A stretch of 64,000 bases of DNA from an uncultured Verrucomicrobiae bacterium (GTDB taxonomy: Bacteria; Chlamydiota; Chlamydiia; Chlamydiales; Rhabdochlamydiaceae), in assembly GCA_963806855.1 (NCBI GenBank), contig CAWDYW010000001.1, forward strand, positions 928,001 to 992,000, in the 5' to 3' direction. A program made the position numbers and the translations under genes. The notes beneath the pieces were generated by a model that saw only the letters and a list, made by a program, of their open reading frames with translations, was not told the origin of the DNA and did not search any database. Of this stretch, positions 49,292 to 60,685 are shown piece by piece; the first letter of the stretch is position 1; each line of letters begins with the position of its first letter.

Positions 49292-49595
49292 TCTTCAGTC
49301 GATTTTTGATTCAAATTCGGGGGGTAATATCATCCTCCTGTATATGACCCCCCCCCGAATTTGAATCGAAATGAGTACCTCTTATCAATAGTTTTTGGCA
49401 TTTGGGCTGCGTCAAAGCCCCGGGGTTGAGATACCACCAAGGGGGGTTGTATTGCGAACATAATACTACCCCCCTTGGTGGTATCTCAACCGCGGGAGCT
49501 TTCACGTCAGCCGAAATGCCCAAAAACTATTGATAAGAGGTACTTGGCCAAAATAATCCCGAAAATCGACGAAGCATTAATTCGACAACGGTCTC
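49273..49595. mobile_element. Palindromic element B (homolog of element A) carrying a nested element
   Basis: 20-bp terminal IR GAGACCGTTGTCGAATTAAT; shares GATTCAAATTCGGGGG and GGCCAAAATAATCCCGAAAATCGACGAA with 12888-13059. Confidence 0.85.
49374..49544. mobile_element. Nested 171-bp palindromic element
   Basis: 25-bp terminal IR AGTACCTCTTATCAATAGTTTTTGG; inner stem GTTGAGATACCACCAAGGGGG; flanked by TG..TG. Confidence 0.85.
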
Positions 49596-49660
49596 AAAAC
49601 TATTGCACGAAAACCCTCTTAGGATGAGAATAGATCCAATACATCTTAGGGGGTATCCGA

Positions 49661-50749
49661 ATGGTAAAGAACTTTCTGTTTATTTTTGTTGCAATCCAAA
49701 TTGCCCTTTTTGCCAAGCCGATCGAGACATTTTATGGGCCGATTGAGGTGACCGAGCCGGTGCTCATTGAAGTGATCGAGAGCAAACCGATGCAACGGCT
49801 AAAAGGGGTTCATCAATACGGCATTTCTTACTACACAACACATAGAGAAGAGTACACCCGCTTCGACCATAGTGTGGGAGTATTTGCTATTTTGCGCATG
49901 AAGGGAGCTTCTGTGCATGAGCAGCTAGCCGGACTTCTGCATGATGTTTCGCACACCATCTTTTCCCACGTTGGCGATTATACTTTTAATCCTACTTGCC
50001 CTACAGAATCGTATCAGGATGATGTCCACAGCTGGTTTTTGCAAAAGTATGGGATTGGCGATATCTTAAAAAAATATAGCATCACAATTGAGCAAATCAA
50101 CCCAAAGTCGGGCAAATTTTTAGCTTTGGAACAAGAACTTCCCAATTTGTGCGCCGATCGGATTGACTACAACTTGCAGGGCTCTTTCTTTCAGGGCTTC
50201 TTGACTAAGGCTGAGATAAAAGAAATATTAGACGATCTTCAATTTGTCGATGGGAAATGGGTCTCGTCGAAGCCTGAATTGATGAAAAAAATGGTCCGCT
50301 TTTCCCTCCATATGACCAAACATTGTTGGGGCGCCCCCGATAATTTCTTGAGGTCAAAATGGTTAGCTGAGGTGATCCATCGGGCAGTTCATTTAGGGAG
50401 AATTTCACACGACGATATCCACTTTGGTGAAGACAAGGCCGTTTGGGAAAAGCTCAATCAAATTTCGGATGGAGTTGTCCAAAACCTTTTTGCAAAAATA
50501 TTCAACGCTCATGAGCAGTATTCTTTGGTAAAAAAAGAGGAGGCCGATCTCCAGCCCAAGATGAAATTTAGGGGATTCGATCCCTGGATCAAGCAGGGAG
50601 ATAAAATCGTTCGGCTTACCGAATTAGACCCTGAATTTGGGAAAGAATTTTATCAAATTAAGAATGAAATGGAGCAAGGTTGGCCGATTAAGTTAAAAGC
50701 CGATAGTCGCGCGGAGAGTAAGCCCCTGCAAGCCGAGAGGGCTATCTGA
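49661..50749 (+). CDS. HD-domain phosphohydrolase with signal peptide
   Basis: MQRLKGVHQ, RFDHSVGV, LLHDVSH..FSH, ADRIDY. Confidence 0.9.
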   Translation: MVKNFLFIFVAIQIALFAKPIETFYGPIEVTEPVLIEVIESKPMQRLKGVHQYGISYYTTHREEYTRFDHSVGVFAILRMKGASVHEQLAGLLHDVSHTIFSHVGDYTFNPTCPTESYQDDVHSWFLQKYGIGDILKKYSITIEQINPKSGKFLALEQELPNLCADRIDYNLQGSFFQGFLTKAEIKEILDDLQFVDGKWVSSKPELMKKMVRFSLHMTKHCWGAPDNFLRSKWLAEVIHRAVHLGRISHDDIHFGEDKAVWEKLNQISDGVVQNLFAKIFNAHEQYSLVKKEEADLQPKMKFRGFDPWIKQGDKIVRLTELDPEFGKEFYQIKNEMEQGWPIKLKADSRAESKPLQAERAI

Positions 50750-51706
50750 GTAAAATGTCCCTTTCGTCCCATTAGGAGGGGTAAACTCAGTTCGGATTCT
50801 CTCGTGCAGATTGAACCAAAGGTTGAACTCATATCCTGCGTGGATCTCATAGCTCCAGCAGTCAAATGGCTGTTGCCAAGAGGGGCCCAATATGAATTGC
50901 AGATGGTAGGCGAATCTCTGCGATTTGTATTTTGCGTCGCTTAAAATAAGGTTATTGACACCACTGGTTTGGGTTTCCTTATTTTTATAAGTTCCCGTGA
51001 GAATTGCCGAAGAGAATTTTCCAGTGAAATAGAGGTGTGAACACCACCACCAGTCGACCGTTCCTCCAATCCGGATTCCACCCCCAAAGTAGCGCCATTT
51101 CTCTTTGACTTTGTCAAAATCAAAGACGGTATTGGTATAAATATTTCTCCAAGATTGGTGAATGATCGCCATCGTCAAACCAGCATAGACCCGCATTCTG
51201 AGATGTTCATTTGGGTCAAATACCCGAGCCGCATACATATCGGCTACATTGTAGTGCAGATCGATCATGCTATGAGCCGTTAAAAACGGTGCAGCAATAC
51301 TCGTCTGGCGGGTTGGATTTAAAGGGGCATTAACATGGTTTGAGCCTTTACTATAAAACCAAGTGTATTCGCCGGTCACTTCCCAATATTTAAAGCATCG
51401 ATAGTAGGATGCCGCGATTCTGAAACCGGGACTCCATCTGAAATGAGCTTTTTTATAGTCGCCGATGGCAAAAGTATTGGGCAGAGTCGAAATTCCCTTT
51501 GTCTTGACCGCATAATCAAGCGATCCTTCATTAGCGGTCCAATAGAGGAAGTTAAGATGGGCAAAAATCTGTGACCGCTCGACGAAATGATGCGGCTCAC
51601 AGTAATCTTCAGGCGGTGCCTCGCACTGTTCGCACCACAGTTCACGTGCTGATAATGAGGAAAGGCTAGAAAGAGCTATTAGGGCTAAGAGAGTTTTTTT
51701 CATCAT
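50693..51706 (-). CDS. Lpg1974-family / MOMP-like outer membrane porin
   Basis: Signal peptide; FLYW, W.PGFR, G.RIG, GYEFNLW, GLTLRATIGF. Confidence 0.85.
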   Translation of the reverse strand: MMKKTLLALIALSSLSSLSARELWCEQCEAPPEDYCEPHHFVERSQIFAHLNFLYWTANEGSLDYAVKTKGISTLPNTFAIGDYKKAHFRWSPGFRIAASYYRCFKYWEVTGEYTWFYSKGSNHVNAPLNPTRQTSIAAPFLTAHSMIDLHYNVADMYAARVFDPNEHLRMRVYAGLTMAIIHQSWRNIYTNTVFDFDKVKEKWRYFGGGIRIGGTVDWWWCSHLYFTGKFSSAILTGTYKNKETQTSGVNNLILSDAKYKSQRFAYHLQFILGPSWQQPFDCWSYEIHAGYEFNLWFNLHERIRTEFTPPNGTKGTFYSDSPLGLQGLTLRATIGF

Positions 51707-51745
51707 ATTAACCCCCTAGTTACAAAATTAATGAATAAAAGACAA

Positions 51746-51766
51746 GGGGCACTCAGTGAGCGCCCC
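51746..51766 (-). terminator. Terminator hairpin downstream of hsp20
   Basis: GGGGCACTCA-g-TGAGCGCCCC followed by TTGTCTTTT on the minus strand. Confidence 0.6.
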
Positions 51767-51772
51767 CAAGAA

Positions 51773-52186
51773 TTACAGCGATTTCACTTCGATTTTTAAC
51801 GGTTTATGGCCTCGGTTCTTTGACAAGGTTAGCTTAAGAATCCCATCTTTTGAGACGGCGTCGATCGGGTGATCGAGATTGACCTCATTGGAGAGGGGGA
51901 TCTCATAGTTGTAATTGAGACACCCTTTTAAGAGATACTTCGCTTTATCCCGTTCATGCCTTCCTTCTCCGCTGATGAGAAGATGGCGAGTTCTAGGATC
52001 TAGGGTGACCTTGATCCCATCGGATTTGACTCCGGGGAGCGAGGCGTCGATGTAGAGCCGCTCTTCGTCCTCAGAAATTGAAAGACCTTCGCAGGACTCA
52101 GTTTCACAGTTTTCATGGCAGCAACCGTTAAATACTGTATAGAATTTATTTAGGTGATCAACAAGACTTGGATAAGTTTGACGCAT
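51773..52186 (-). CDS. Hsp20/alpha-crystallin small heat-shock protein
   Basis: DASLPGV...IKV..L.ISGE...A..KDGILKLTLSK; GGAGG RBS. Confidence 0.88.
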   Translation of the reverse strand: MRQTYPSLVDHLNKFYTVFNGCCHENCETESCEGLSISEDEERLYIDASLPGVKSDGIKVTLDPRTRHLLISGEGRHERDKAKYLLKGCLNYNYEIPLSNEVNLDHPIDAVSKDGILKLTLSKNRGHKPLKIEVKSL

Positions 52187-52249
52187 ATTCCCTCCTTTTC
52201 TGTGGTTTTGCGTTCTATCCATGATTGTACTTAATCGGAGGATTAAAAT

Positions 52250-52276
52250 CTAGCAGTCTAGCATCTTGATTGCTAA
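52250..52276. promoter_or_regulatory. CIRCE-like HrcA operator upstream of hsp20
   Basis: CTAGCAGTC-N9-GATTGCTAA. Confidence 0.75.
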
Positions 52277-52317
52277 TTTATTGCTTAACTCATTGAGATT
52301 CAATTGCAAAAAATTTT

Positions 52318-53283
52318 TTATCGCCCCTCTTCCAAAAACCGAATTGCCCGTTCTTCTGACCAATAAATCCCATTGATCTTGTCCTTGATAAAGCCTAGAT
52401 GGCCCCCATCCATTGGCAACTCCAAGTGCACATAGGCGCTTTGTTGGCACGCCTCTTGGGGGAAGCAGGAGGGGTGAAGAAAGGGGTCGTTTTTGGCATT
52501 GACGATCAAGGTAGGGACTTCAATTTTAGGGATGCTGTGCTTGCTGCTACATTCGGTATAGTAGTGCATTACATCTCGGTAGCCATAAGCCGGAACGGTA
52601 ATGGCACTATCAAACTCGATTATGTCCTTAATCTTATCGAGATCTACATGGGAAAATAGCCCTGGGTATTGTTTGGTTTTGGTCCCGATTTTCTGTTTCA
52701 ATGTTGAGAGAAAAAGATTGAGATAGAACCGATTAAACCCCGTAGTGAGGTTGCTTGCGCAGGCATAGAGATCGCAGGGGGCAGAAAATACAGCTGCTCG
52801 CTTCAATTGGGAGGGGTGCTCATCTTTATGATCGCCTAGATATTTCAGGATAAGATTGCCGGTCATGCTAAAGCCGATCAAGCAGATCTGTTTGTATTTT
52901 TTCTTTTTTAACACATGTTGGACGACCTGTTTGAGGTCAACCGTTAAGCCAGCATTGTAAATGCGAAATGTTCGATTGATCTCCCCGCTGCAGCCTCGTA
53001 GATTCCATGCCAAAGCATCCCAGCCTCGAGCGTTGAACTGCTTGACCATCCCCAGAACATAGGATTTATTGGCATTCCCTTCTAACCCGTGGGCGACGAT
53101 CACCAATTTATTGCTTTCGATGCATGACCAGTCTAAATCGAGGAAATCGGCGTCATCTGTCTCAATTCTCTCACGGACATATTGGACTCCGGTGACTTTT
53201 CGCAAGAGACTGGGGAGAATGGTTTGTGCATGTTTTCCACCAATCCAAAGAGGCGCTTTATACTGAGAGGTGAGAATCGGCAT
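52318..53283 (-). CDS. YheT-family alpha/beta hydrolase
   Basis: HAQTI, HGLEG, RGCSG, GFS, NAKNDPF, GGHLGF. Confidence 0.92.
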   Translation of the reverse strand: MPILTSQYKAPLWIGGKHAQTILPSLLRKVTGVQYVRERIETDDADFLDLDWSCIESNKLVIVAHGLEGNANKSYVLGMVKQFNARGWDALAWNLRGCSGEINRTFRIYNAGLTVDLKQVVQHVLKKKKYKQICLIGFSMTGNLILKYLGDHKDEHPSQLKRAAVFSAPCDLYACASNLTTGFNRFYLNLFLSTLKQKIGTKTKQYPGLFSHVDLDKIKDIIEFDSAITVPAYGYRDVMHYYTECSSKHSIPKIEVPTLIVNAKNDPFLHPSCFPQEACQQSAYVHLELPMDGGHLGFIKDKINGIYWSEERAIRFLEEGR

Positions 53284-53285
53284 CT

Positions 53286-53987
53286 TTAATCCTCTTTCGT
53301 AGAGAAGATCCCCCCGAATGGCTTCGTGAAAAGATCGACTGCCTTATCAGGGACGATTTGCAGCAAATTTTCCATGTGGTATTGCATAAAGGCCTGCTTG
53401 ATCAGTTGTCCCAAGATGCTACTGGTCAATTGGTCGATTGGGAATCCCGCTCCAGTGCTGATATTGGTCAATTCAATCCGAGCAATCGGGGGTAGCTTTT
53501 GAATCTTTCCATCAGCGCTATGGAAAATGAGATCAGCTTGGATATTGGTGAAGGTCATTTTTTTTATTAGGATGCGCTTTCCCTCTTTTACATCTAATTT
53601 AGCCTCTTTTTGATAATGGCTTAAGAGCTTTGACCAATTGCCCTCGACCGAATTGGTCGTATCAAATTCGATCCCCAAATAGATCGTATCAACGTCGATT
53701 TGCTCCACTACAACATGATCTTTAAAATAGTTCTGAACGGGAGCTTGCAATGTAATTGTCTTCGCCGAGAAGGCTTTTGGTAATGAATATCCTGGTTCGT
53801 TGGCGATTTCGAATTGGTCGACGGTGATGGTCTTTGTTCTCGGTTTGATCCCGTCAATTGAGGCGGTGACCCCCATTTCATTCGAGAGATAATTCGCCAC
53901 TATGTCAGGAGCTCTCGAGAGAGCAAAAAAATAAAGAGCTACAAGGATCACAATAAGAACAATTAAACTACCAAGAGGCCGCATCAA
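53286..53987 (-). CDS. Membrane-anchored AsmA-like hypothetical protein (CT109-like position)
   Basis: N-terminal TM; IAN.PGY...AF; located downstream of groEL as in Chlamydia. Confidence 0.7.
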   Translation of the reverse strand: MMRPLGSLIVLIVILVALYFFALSRAPDIVANYLSNEMGVTASIDGIKPRTKTITVDQFEIANEPGYSLPKAFSAKTITLQAPVQNYFKDHVVVEQIDVDTIYLGIEFDTTNSVEGNWSKLLSHYQKEAKLDVKEGKRILIKKMTFTNIQADLIFHSADGKIQKLPPIARIELTNISTGAGFPIDQLTSSILGQLIKQAFMQYHMENLLQIVPDKAVDLFTKPFGGIFSTKED

Positions 53988-54051
53988 TTCCTTCCTTTTT
54001 TATGACCATACTTAAAGAATAACTATTAAGCAACAATCAACTATAAAAAAA

Positions 54052-54099
54052 TGCCCGTGCCCGAAATTTCGGGCACGGGCACACACACTGGCACGGGCC
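54052..54099. repeat. REP-like palindrome acting as groEL terminator
   Basis: TGCCCGTGCCCGAAA|TTTCGGGCACGGGCA plus an extra GGCACGGGC half-site; A tract on the + strand. Confidence 0.8.
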
Positions 54100-54111
54100 A
54101 GGTTACTTAGG

Positions 54112-55749
<1,638 letters not shown>

Positions 55750-55758
55750 TTATTCTCC

Positions 55759-56073
55759 TTAATCTTTCAATGATTGCAATGATGTCATCGGCCTTGAGGA
55801 TAATATATTCTTCATCATCGACGGTGACTTCTTGTCCTGCGTATTTATCCATCAAGATGATATCGCCGACTTTAACAGGGACTGGTAGGATGTTTACCGT
55901 CATCGAGTTTTTTTCCAGTTCCAACGGCGACAACGTGCGCAGCTTTCTTGTTTTTTCTTCGCGTGTCAGGGAGTATGATTCCCCCTTTCATTTTTTTGCT
56001 CTTCTAAGCGTTGAGCGAGAACTCGGTTACCAAGTGGTTTAAGTGTGATTTTCTTTGCAGCTTGTTGAGTCAT
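55759..56073 (-). CDS. groES: Co-chaperonin GroES (indels)
   Basis: LKPLGNRVL start; VKVGD...KYAGQEV...ILKADDIIAI. Confidence 0.93.
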
Positions 56074-56120
56074 AAGCTATCATCTCCATTTGTGTGAGTG
56101 TTTTTTAGAGCTAACATGGG

Positions 56121-56149
56121 ACTATATCGGATGGCTTTATTATTTGCAA
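56121..56149 (-). promoter_or_regulatory. Sigma66 promoter of groESL
   Basis: TTGCAA-N17-TATAGT on the minus strand. Confidence 0.75.
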
Positions 56150-56155
56150 ACAAAT

Positions 56156-56182
56156 TTAGCAACCGGACGGCCGGATTGCTAA
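56156..56182. promoter_or_regulatory. CIRCE-like HrcA operator upstream of groES
   Basis: TTAGCAACC-N9-GATTGCTAA just upstream of the -35. Confidence 0.8.
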
Positions 56183-56256
56183 ATCTTCGGGATTTCCCTC
56201 TTCGCTGACTCTAGATAACCTACTTATAAATAACCACTTATAATAAGGAAGAAGCA

Positions 56257-58080
56257 ATGGCTAAAGCAAACGCGAACAAATTCCTGAGAGAGATCGTTGG
56301 AACGTCGGTGCCCTGTATCCTGATGCGAACCTCTGGCTAAAAGATTTAACAGCGGCTCTCGAAAGTGAAAAAGCCCCTCATTGGGAGACACTTAAATCGT
56401 ATCGAGGACGCTTGGGAGAAGGATCCTCAAGTTGCGGCCTCCTTTTTTGATCGTTATTTTGAGCTCGATCGCAAATTGTCTAAGTTACATACGTATGCCC
56501 ATCTTCGAATGGATGAAGACGTAGGAAATGAAGCGTACAAAAAAGCCACTATGAGAAGATTTCCTCCTTCTTCACGCATTTCAATTGGAAAGTGCTTGGA
56601 TTGAACCGGAGATTTTAGGCTTGTCGGATAGAGAATTAAGTCTCCATATTAAAACAGCATCCCCAGCTGAAGAAATTCCAATTTTATTTGGAAAAAATAG
56701 GTCGCGGCGCAAAGCTCATACTTTGGCCCCGGAAAGCTTGAAGATAATTGTCGCTTTGAGCGGAAAAGCGCTCGATACAGCGATCCAAGGCCTTTGGTGC
56801 ATTAAATAATGCCGATCTTACTTTTAAGCCAGCGATTGATTCCCAAGGAAAAGAGCATCCTCTTCTAATGGTTCTTACCTTACGTATTTGAGAAGCCCGG
56901 ATCGAAATTTAAGAAAAATGGCCTTTCATCAACCTCCACAAAGGGTCATGAAGGCTTTGCGAATACTCTTTGTGAGTTGATCCAAGGGCAAGTACAGAGC
57001 CATTTATTTATTGCAAAAGCGCGCAAGTTCAATAGTTGTCTAGAGGCGGCTTTATTTCCCAGCAGTGGAACCGTCTGTTTACACGAATTTAATTGCTACA
57101 GTGAGAAGGAATTTGCCCACTCATGCATGAATATATTGCATTTCGCAAGAAGAAAATGAAGCTTGGGCACATCCATATTCTATGATCTGTATGTTCCTCT
57201 TGTAGACGAAGTCAAGATTCGAAATGAGCTACCAGAAGCCTGAGTCAGGTTGTGACTGATTCTGTAGCGCCACTGGGGGTTGAATATCAAAAAGTGTTGG
57301 CGCAAGGATTGACGACGGATCGTTGGGTGGATGTGTTTGAAAATCGTGCGCAAACGCAAGCGGAGCGTATTCAAGCGGCTGCTATGACAGTATGCCCTAT
57401 ATTTTGATGAATTATCAGTGGGGCTTTTGGAGATGTGACAACGCTTGCGCATGAAGCAGGGCACAGCATGCATAGTTATATAAGTCGTAAACATCAGCCC
57501 TACATCTATTCTCAATTACCCGATTTTTGTAGCGGAAGTAGCGTCTACTTTTAATGAACAGCTTTTGTTTCATATGATGAAACAAAGAGCGAAAAACTAA
57601 ACAAGAGCTTGCTTATCTCATCAATGATAAGATTGAGCGGATTCGAGGGACAATTTTCCGTCAAACGATGTTTGCTGAATTCGAACTGCACTCCACAAAC
57701 TGGCGGAGGAAAAGGTTCCACTCACACCCGGTCTTCTGAAAGAGACTTATCGAAAATTGAATGCCGATTTCTTCGGGCCCGAGGTGGTGCTCGACAAGGA
57801 GATCGAGATCGAGTGGGGCCGAATTCCCCATTTCTATAGCAATTTCTATGTCTATCAGTATGCGACTGGAATCAGCGCTGCCCACGCCCTCTTTGAAAAG
57901 GTGATCACAGAGGGGGAAAGCGCTCGTGGACCCTATCTCAACTTTCTTTCTTCTGGCAGCTCAAAATATCCTCTTGACTTATTGCAGAGCGCTGGGGTAA
58001 ACATGCGACATGAACAGCCGATAGAAGCGACGCTCAAACAGTTTGATCGGTTGCTCCAAGAACTCTCTAAACTCATTTAG
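56257..58080 (+). CDS. pepF: Oligoendopeptidase F (multiple indels)
   Basis: [35 protein letters not shown]. Confidence 0.92.
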
Positions 58081-58084
58081 GATT

Positions 58085-58363
58085 ATGTCATTAAAAGTTA
58101 AAAAATTTTTCGTCGTGATCAATGAAAAAGGGTTGCATACCCGTCCTTCAACCGAGCTTGTCCGGTGTGCAGCCAATTTTAAGGCAGATATCAATTTGAC
58201 CTACCAAGATCTCACCGTCAATGCCAAATCGCTTCTTGGGATCCTGATGTTGGCCGCGGCCAAAGGTGCCAAAATCCAAATCGAAGCTGATGGTGCTGAT
58301 GCTCAAGATGCAATCAACGCTATCCTCAAATTGGCCCAAAACAAATTCAATATTAATTACTGA
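58085..58363 (+). CDS. ptsH: Phosphocarrier protein HPr
   Basis: GLHTRP and NAKSLLGILML motifs. Confidence 0.95.
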   Translation: MSLKVKKFFVVINEKGLHTRPSTELVRCAANFKADINLTYQDLTVNAKSLLGILMLAAAKGAKIQIEADGADAQDAINAILKLAQNKFNINY

Positions 58364-58404
58364 ATAAATTGATAAGTACAGTACTCCTATGATATAATAA
58401 TTTT

Positions 58405-60105
58405 ATGGAAATTAATTATGTATCCTCCGCATCACTGTTCTTCCAATTTTCCCTAGCTAACCGCCATTTCCAGGTGGCTTTTGACTCTGGATCCCCAGAA
58501 AGAATTCAAGATCTATGGGACAAAGGGGTAATCCGGTATGCGCAATCTGACTCCATTTCGCTCTTTGGAAGATTGAAGCATTTTCTTTATGGAGCAATCG
58601 AATGCACCCCAGTCATTGGCCTGGTCGTCGCCTTTATTGATCGGTTCTTGAATGGCTACGTGAGCCTTCCTCCCAATTGCACAGTCAAAGAAGCGGTTAA
58701 AGCTACCCCTAAATTTGAGAGCTATACGTTTAAAGGCAACTCAACTGTCCATCTCAGCGATATTGACAAACGGCCTGCCAACCTCCTTTTTGATGCGATT
58801 TTTGGAAAAGATCCGACTACGCAGCCTGGGACTCAACTTTTCGCTTTCCCTTCGGCAACAAAAGCTCGTCAGCATATCATGGGACTTTCTAACGATACAG
58901 TCCTCAGTATCAGTGCGAAAAACAAAACTACCCAGCTCTATCGTCGAGGATCGGATCATAGATTAATTTCGATGGGGCAAAGGGATCTAACAACCTATTT
59001 GGGAAATAATACCTTCGAAATCTCTGCAGAAGAACTGAAGAACCTTCTCAATAGCCAAAAAGTCTATGTCTCATCGCTCATTCCAAAAGAATTTTATCTT
59101 GGATTAAAAGCTGCCCTTTTCAGCGATGGGGTCGTCACACTGCCGGCAGATGAAAGGAGAGTCCCCACGTTGGATGAAATTCTCCACAATGATTATCCTG
59201 AGCCAACAATGTGGCAGCGATGGGTCAGTGGTTTTCACTCCAATGACAACAATCGGAGTCTCTATTTTGCCAAAGTCCATCTTCAAAAGGTTCAAGCAAG
59301 TCCTGCTTCCTATGGATTTAAAGACGATGGGCGAATGCTTTCTTTCGAAGAGCTCAAACAATTGACCCTCTATCAGGTGGGCGCTATGATCGTCAAATCG
59401 GAAGATTATTATCCCCTTGTCGAAGAGGGTTATCGACTAGCTCCAAGAAAAGTGGGCGACAAGAATGCGATTACACTGATCAGCGCATCGGGAATCCGCG
59501 GTTTTTTCAAAACAAATCAGATCGCTGGCAATGAAAATCACGAAATCGATCGTAAGATCATGACCGCCACTTTCAAAACGGCTCTCCAATCGATTGGGAA
59601 AGGGGGAATCGCGATCTTCCCCGCCGTCGGCATGGGCATTTGGGGGGGCGATCCCGATATCTATTGGCGGGCTTTTTTCGATGCTGTCATTGAGGGGGGC
59701 GAAGATCTAAAACACATTTTCGTCAATCCAGGACATCAAACGACTCGCTCTGGAAAATACAAAGGTTATGGCGGAGAGGAGTTCGCTCTCATTCTCAATG
59801 AATATTTAGAGAAACATCCTCAGAATTCCAATTTGAGAAAGTTGATCGATCTCTATACTGATAAAACCGATCTTTTCTTGCTAGCACGCAATATAAAAAA
59901 GCACAGCCCAGATGTCCCTGTTGCGCTATTTAATGCCTCAGATCCTGATGTCACTTTGGGAAATCACGTTGGCGAGTATGTCAATAACCTCTGCCACCCC
60001 TCCACAACTGAGGAGAATTACGCAGCAGCAGGAACCAGCGGTCTTGGATTTGAGCAGATGACCCAGGTCCTTATGGATCCAAAACGGCGCGTGATTCAAG
60101 CCTAA
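58405..60105 (+). CDS. Hypothetical protein, candidate macrodomain-like (ADP-ribosyl hydrolase) effector
   Basis: PAVGMGIWGG loop; NASD.....GN.......TTEE; hydrophobic N-terminal PVIGLVVAFID. Confidence 0.6.
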   Translation: MEINYVSSASLFFQFSLANRHFQVAFDSGSPERIQDLWDKGVIRYAQSDSISLFGRLKHFLYGAIECTPVIGLVVAFIDRFLNGYVSLPPNCTVKEAVKATPKFESYTFKGNSTVHLSDIDKRPANLLFDAIFGKDPTTQPGTQLFAFPSATKARQHIMGLSNDTVLSISAKNKTTQLYRRGSDHRLISMGQRDLTTYLGNNTFEISAEELKNLLNSQKVYVSSLIPKEFYLGLKAALFSDGVVTLPADERRVPTLDEILHNDYPEPTMWQRWVSGFHSNDNNRSLYFAKVHLQKVQASPASYGFKDDGRMLSFEELKQLTLYQVGAMIVKSEDYYPLVEEGYRLAPRKVGDKNAITLISASGIRGFFKTNQIAGNENHEIDRKIMTATFKTALQSIGKGGIAIFPAVGMGIWGGDPDIYWRAFFDAVIEGGEDLKHIFVNPGHQTTRSGKYKGYGGEEFALILNEYLEKHPQNSNLRKLIDLYTDKTDLFLLARNIKKHSPDVPVALFNASDPDVTLGNHVGEYVNNLCHPSTTEENYAAAGTSGLGFEQMTQVLMDPKRRVIQA

Positions 60106-60138
60106 TTTATCCCCAATTTCTGAATATGGTTTTAGAAA

Positions 60139-60260
60139 ATTATTTTACCATTCGCTCGCTTCGCTCCCTAGAGAGCACAGAGGACACAGAGGAAGAGAAA
60201 ATTTTTTCTCTGTGATCTCTGTGCTCTCTAGGGAGCGGAGCGAGCGGGTGGTGAATAAAT
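60139..60260. repeat. ~120-bp hairpin (REP/MITE-like) between convergent genes
   Basis: CGCTCGCTTCGCTCCCTAGAGAGCACAGAG / CTCTGTGCTCTCTAGGGAGCGGAGCGAGCG. Confidence 0.85.
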
Positions 60261-60267
60261 CTATTCT

Positions 60268-60681
60268 TCAATCCCGAATGGGAACGGTCTTCTCGAAGAC
60301 ATCTTTGTTGCAGAAGAGGGGAGCGTTGTGCTTGAGGGCGAAGGTAAGGCAATCGCTTGGACGGGCGTCGATCTCGAGGATCTGCTTTTGGTCTCCAATT
60401 GTTTGCTCAAGAAAAAGGCGTGAGAAATAGACAGTATCTTCGATGTTGTTGATCACCACCTGAATGAGCCGAATGTCAAAGCCCGTGAAAATCGCATTCA
60501 TCAAATCATGCGTAATGGGCCGGGGGTGCTGCTCTTGCGTCAGCAGCAGTTGTAGGTTCTTCCCAACGGATGGCTCGGTATAGATGGCAAATTGCTTCGT
60601 ATCGTTACCGAGAATGATCACCGTATACGCTCTGGATTGCATAATCTTTTTAAATGAAATCGGCACAAGCTCCATGGACAC
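60268..60681 (-). CDS. Bifunctional nuclease (DUF151) family protein
   Basis: RPITHDL, IDARPSD. Confidence 0.92.
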   Translation of the reverse strand: MSMELVPISFKKIMQSRAYTVIILGNDTKQFAIYTEPSVGKNLQLLLTQEQHPRPITHDLMNAIFTGFDIRLIQVVINNIEDTVYFSRLFLEQTIGDQKQILEIDARPSDCLTFALKHNAPLFCNKDVFEKTVPIRD

Positions 60682-60685
60682 GCTC

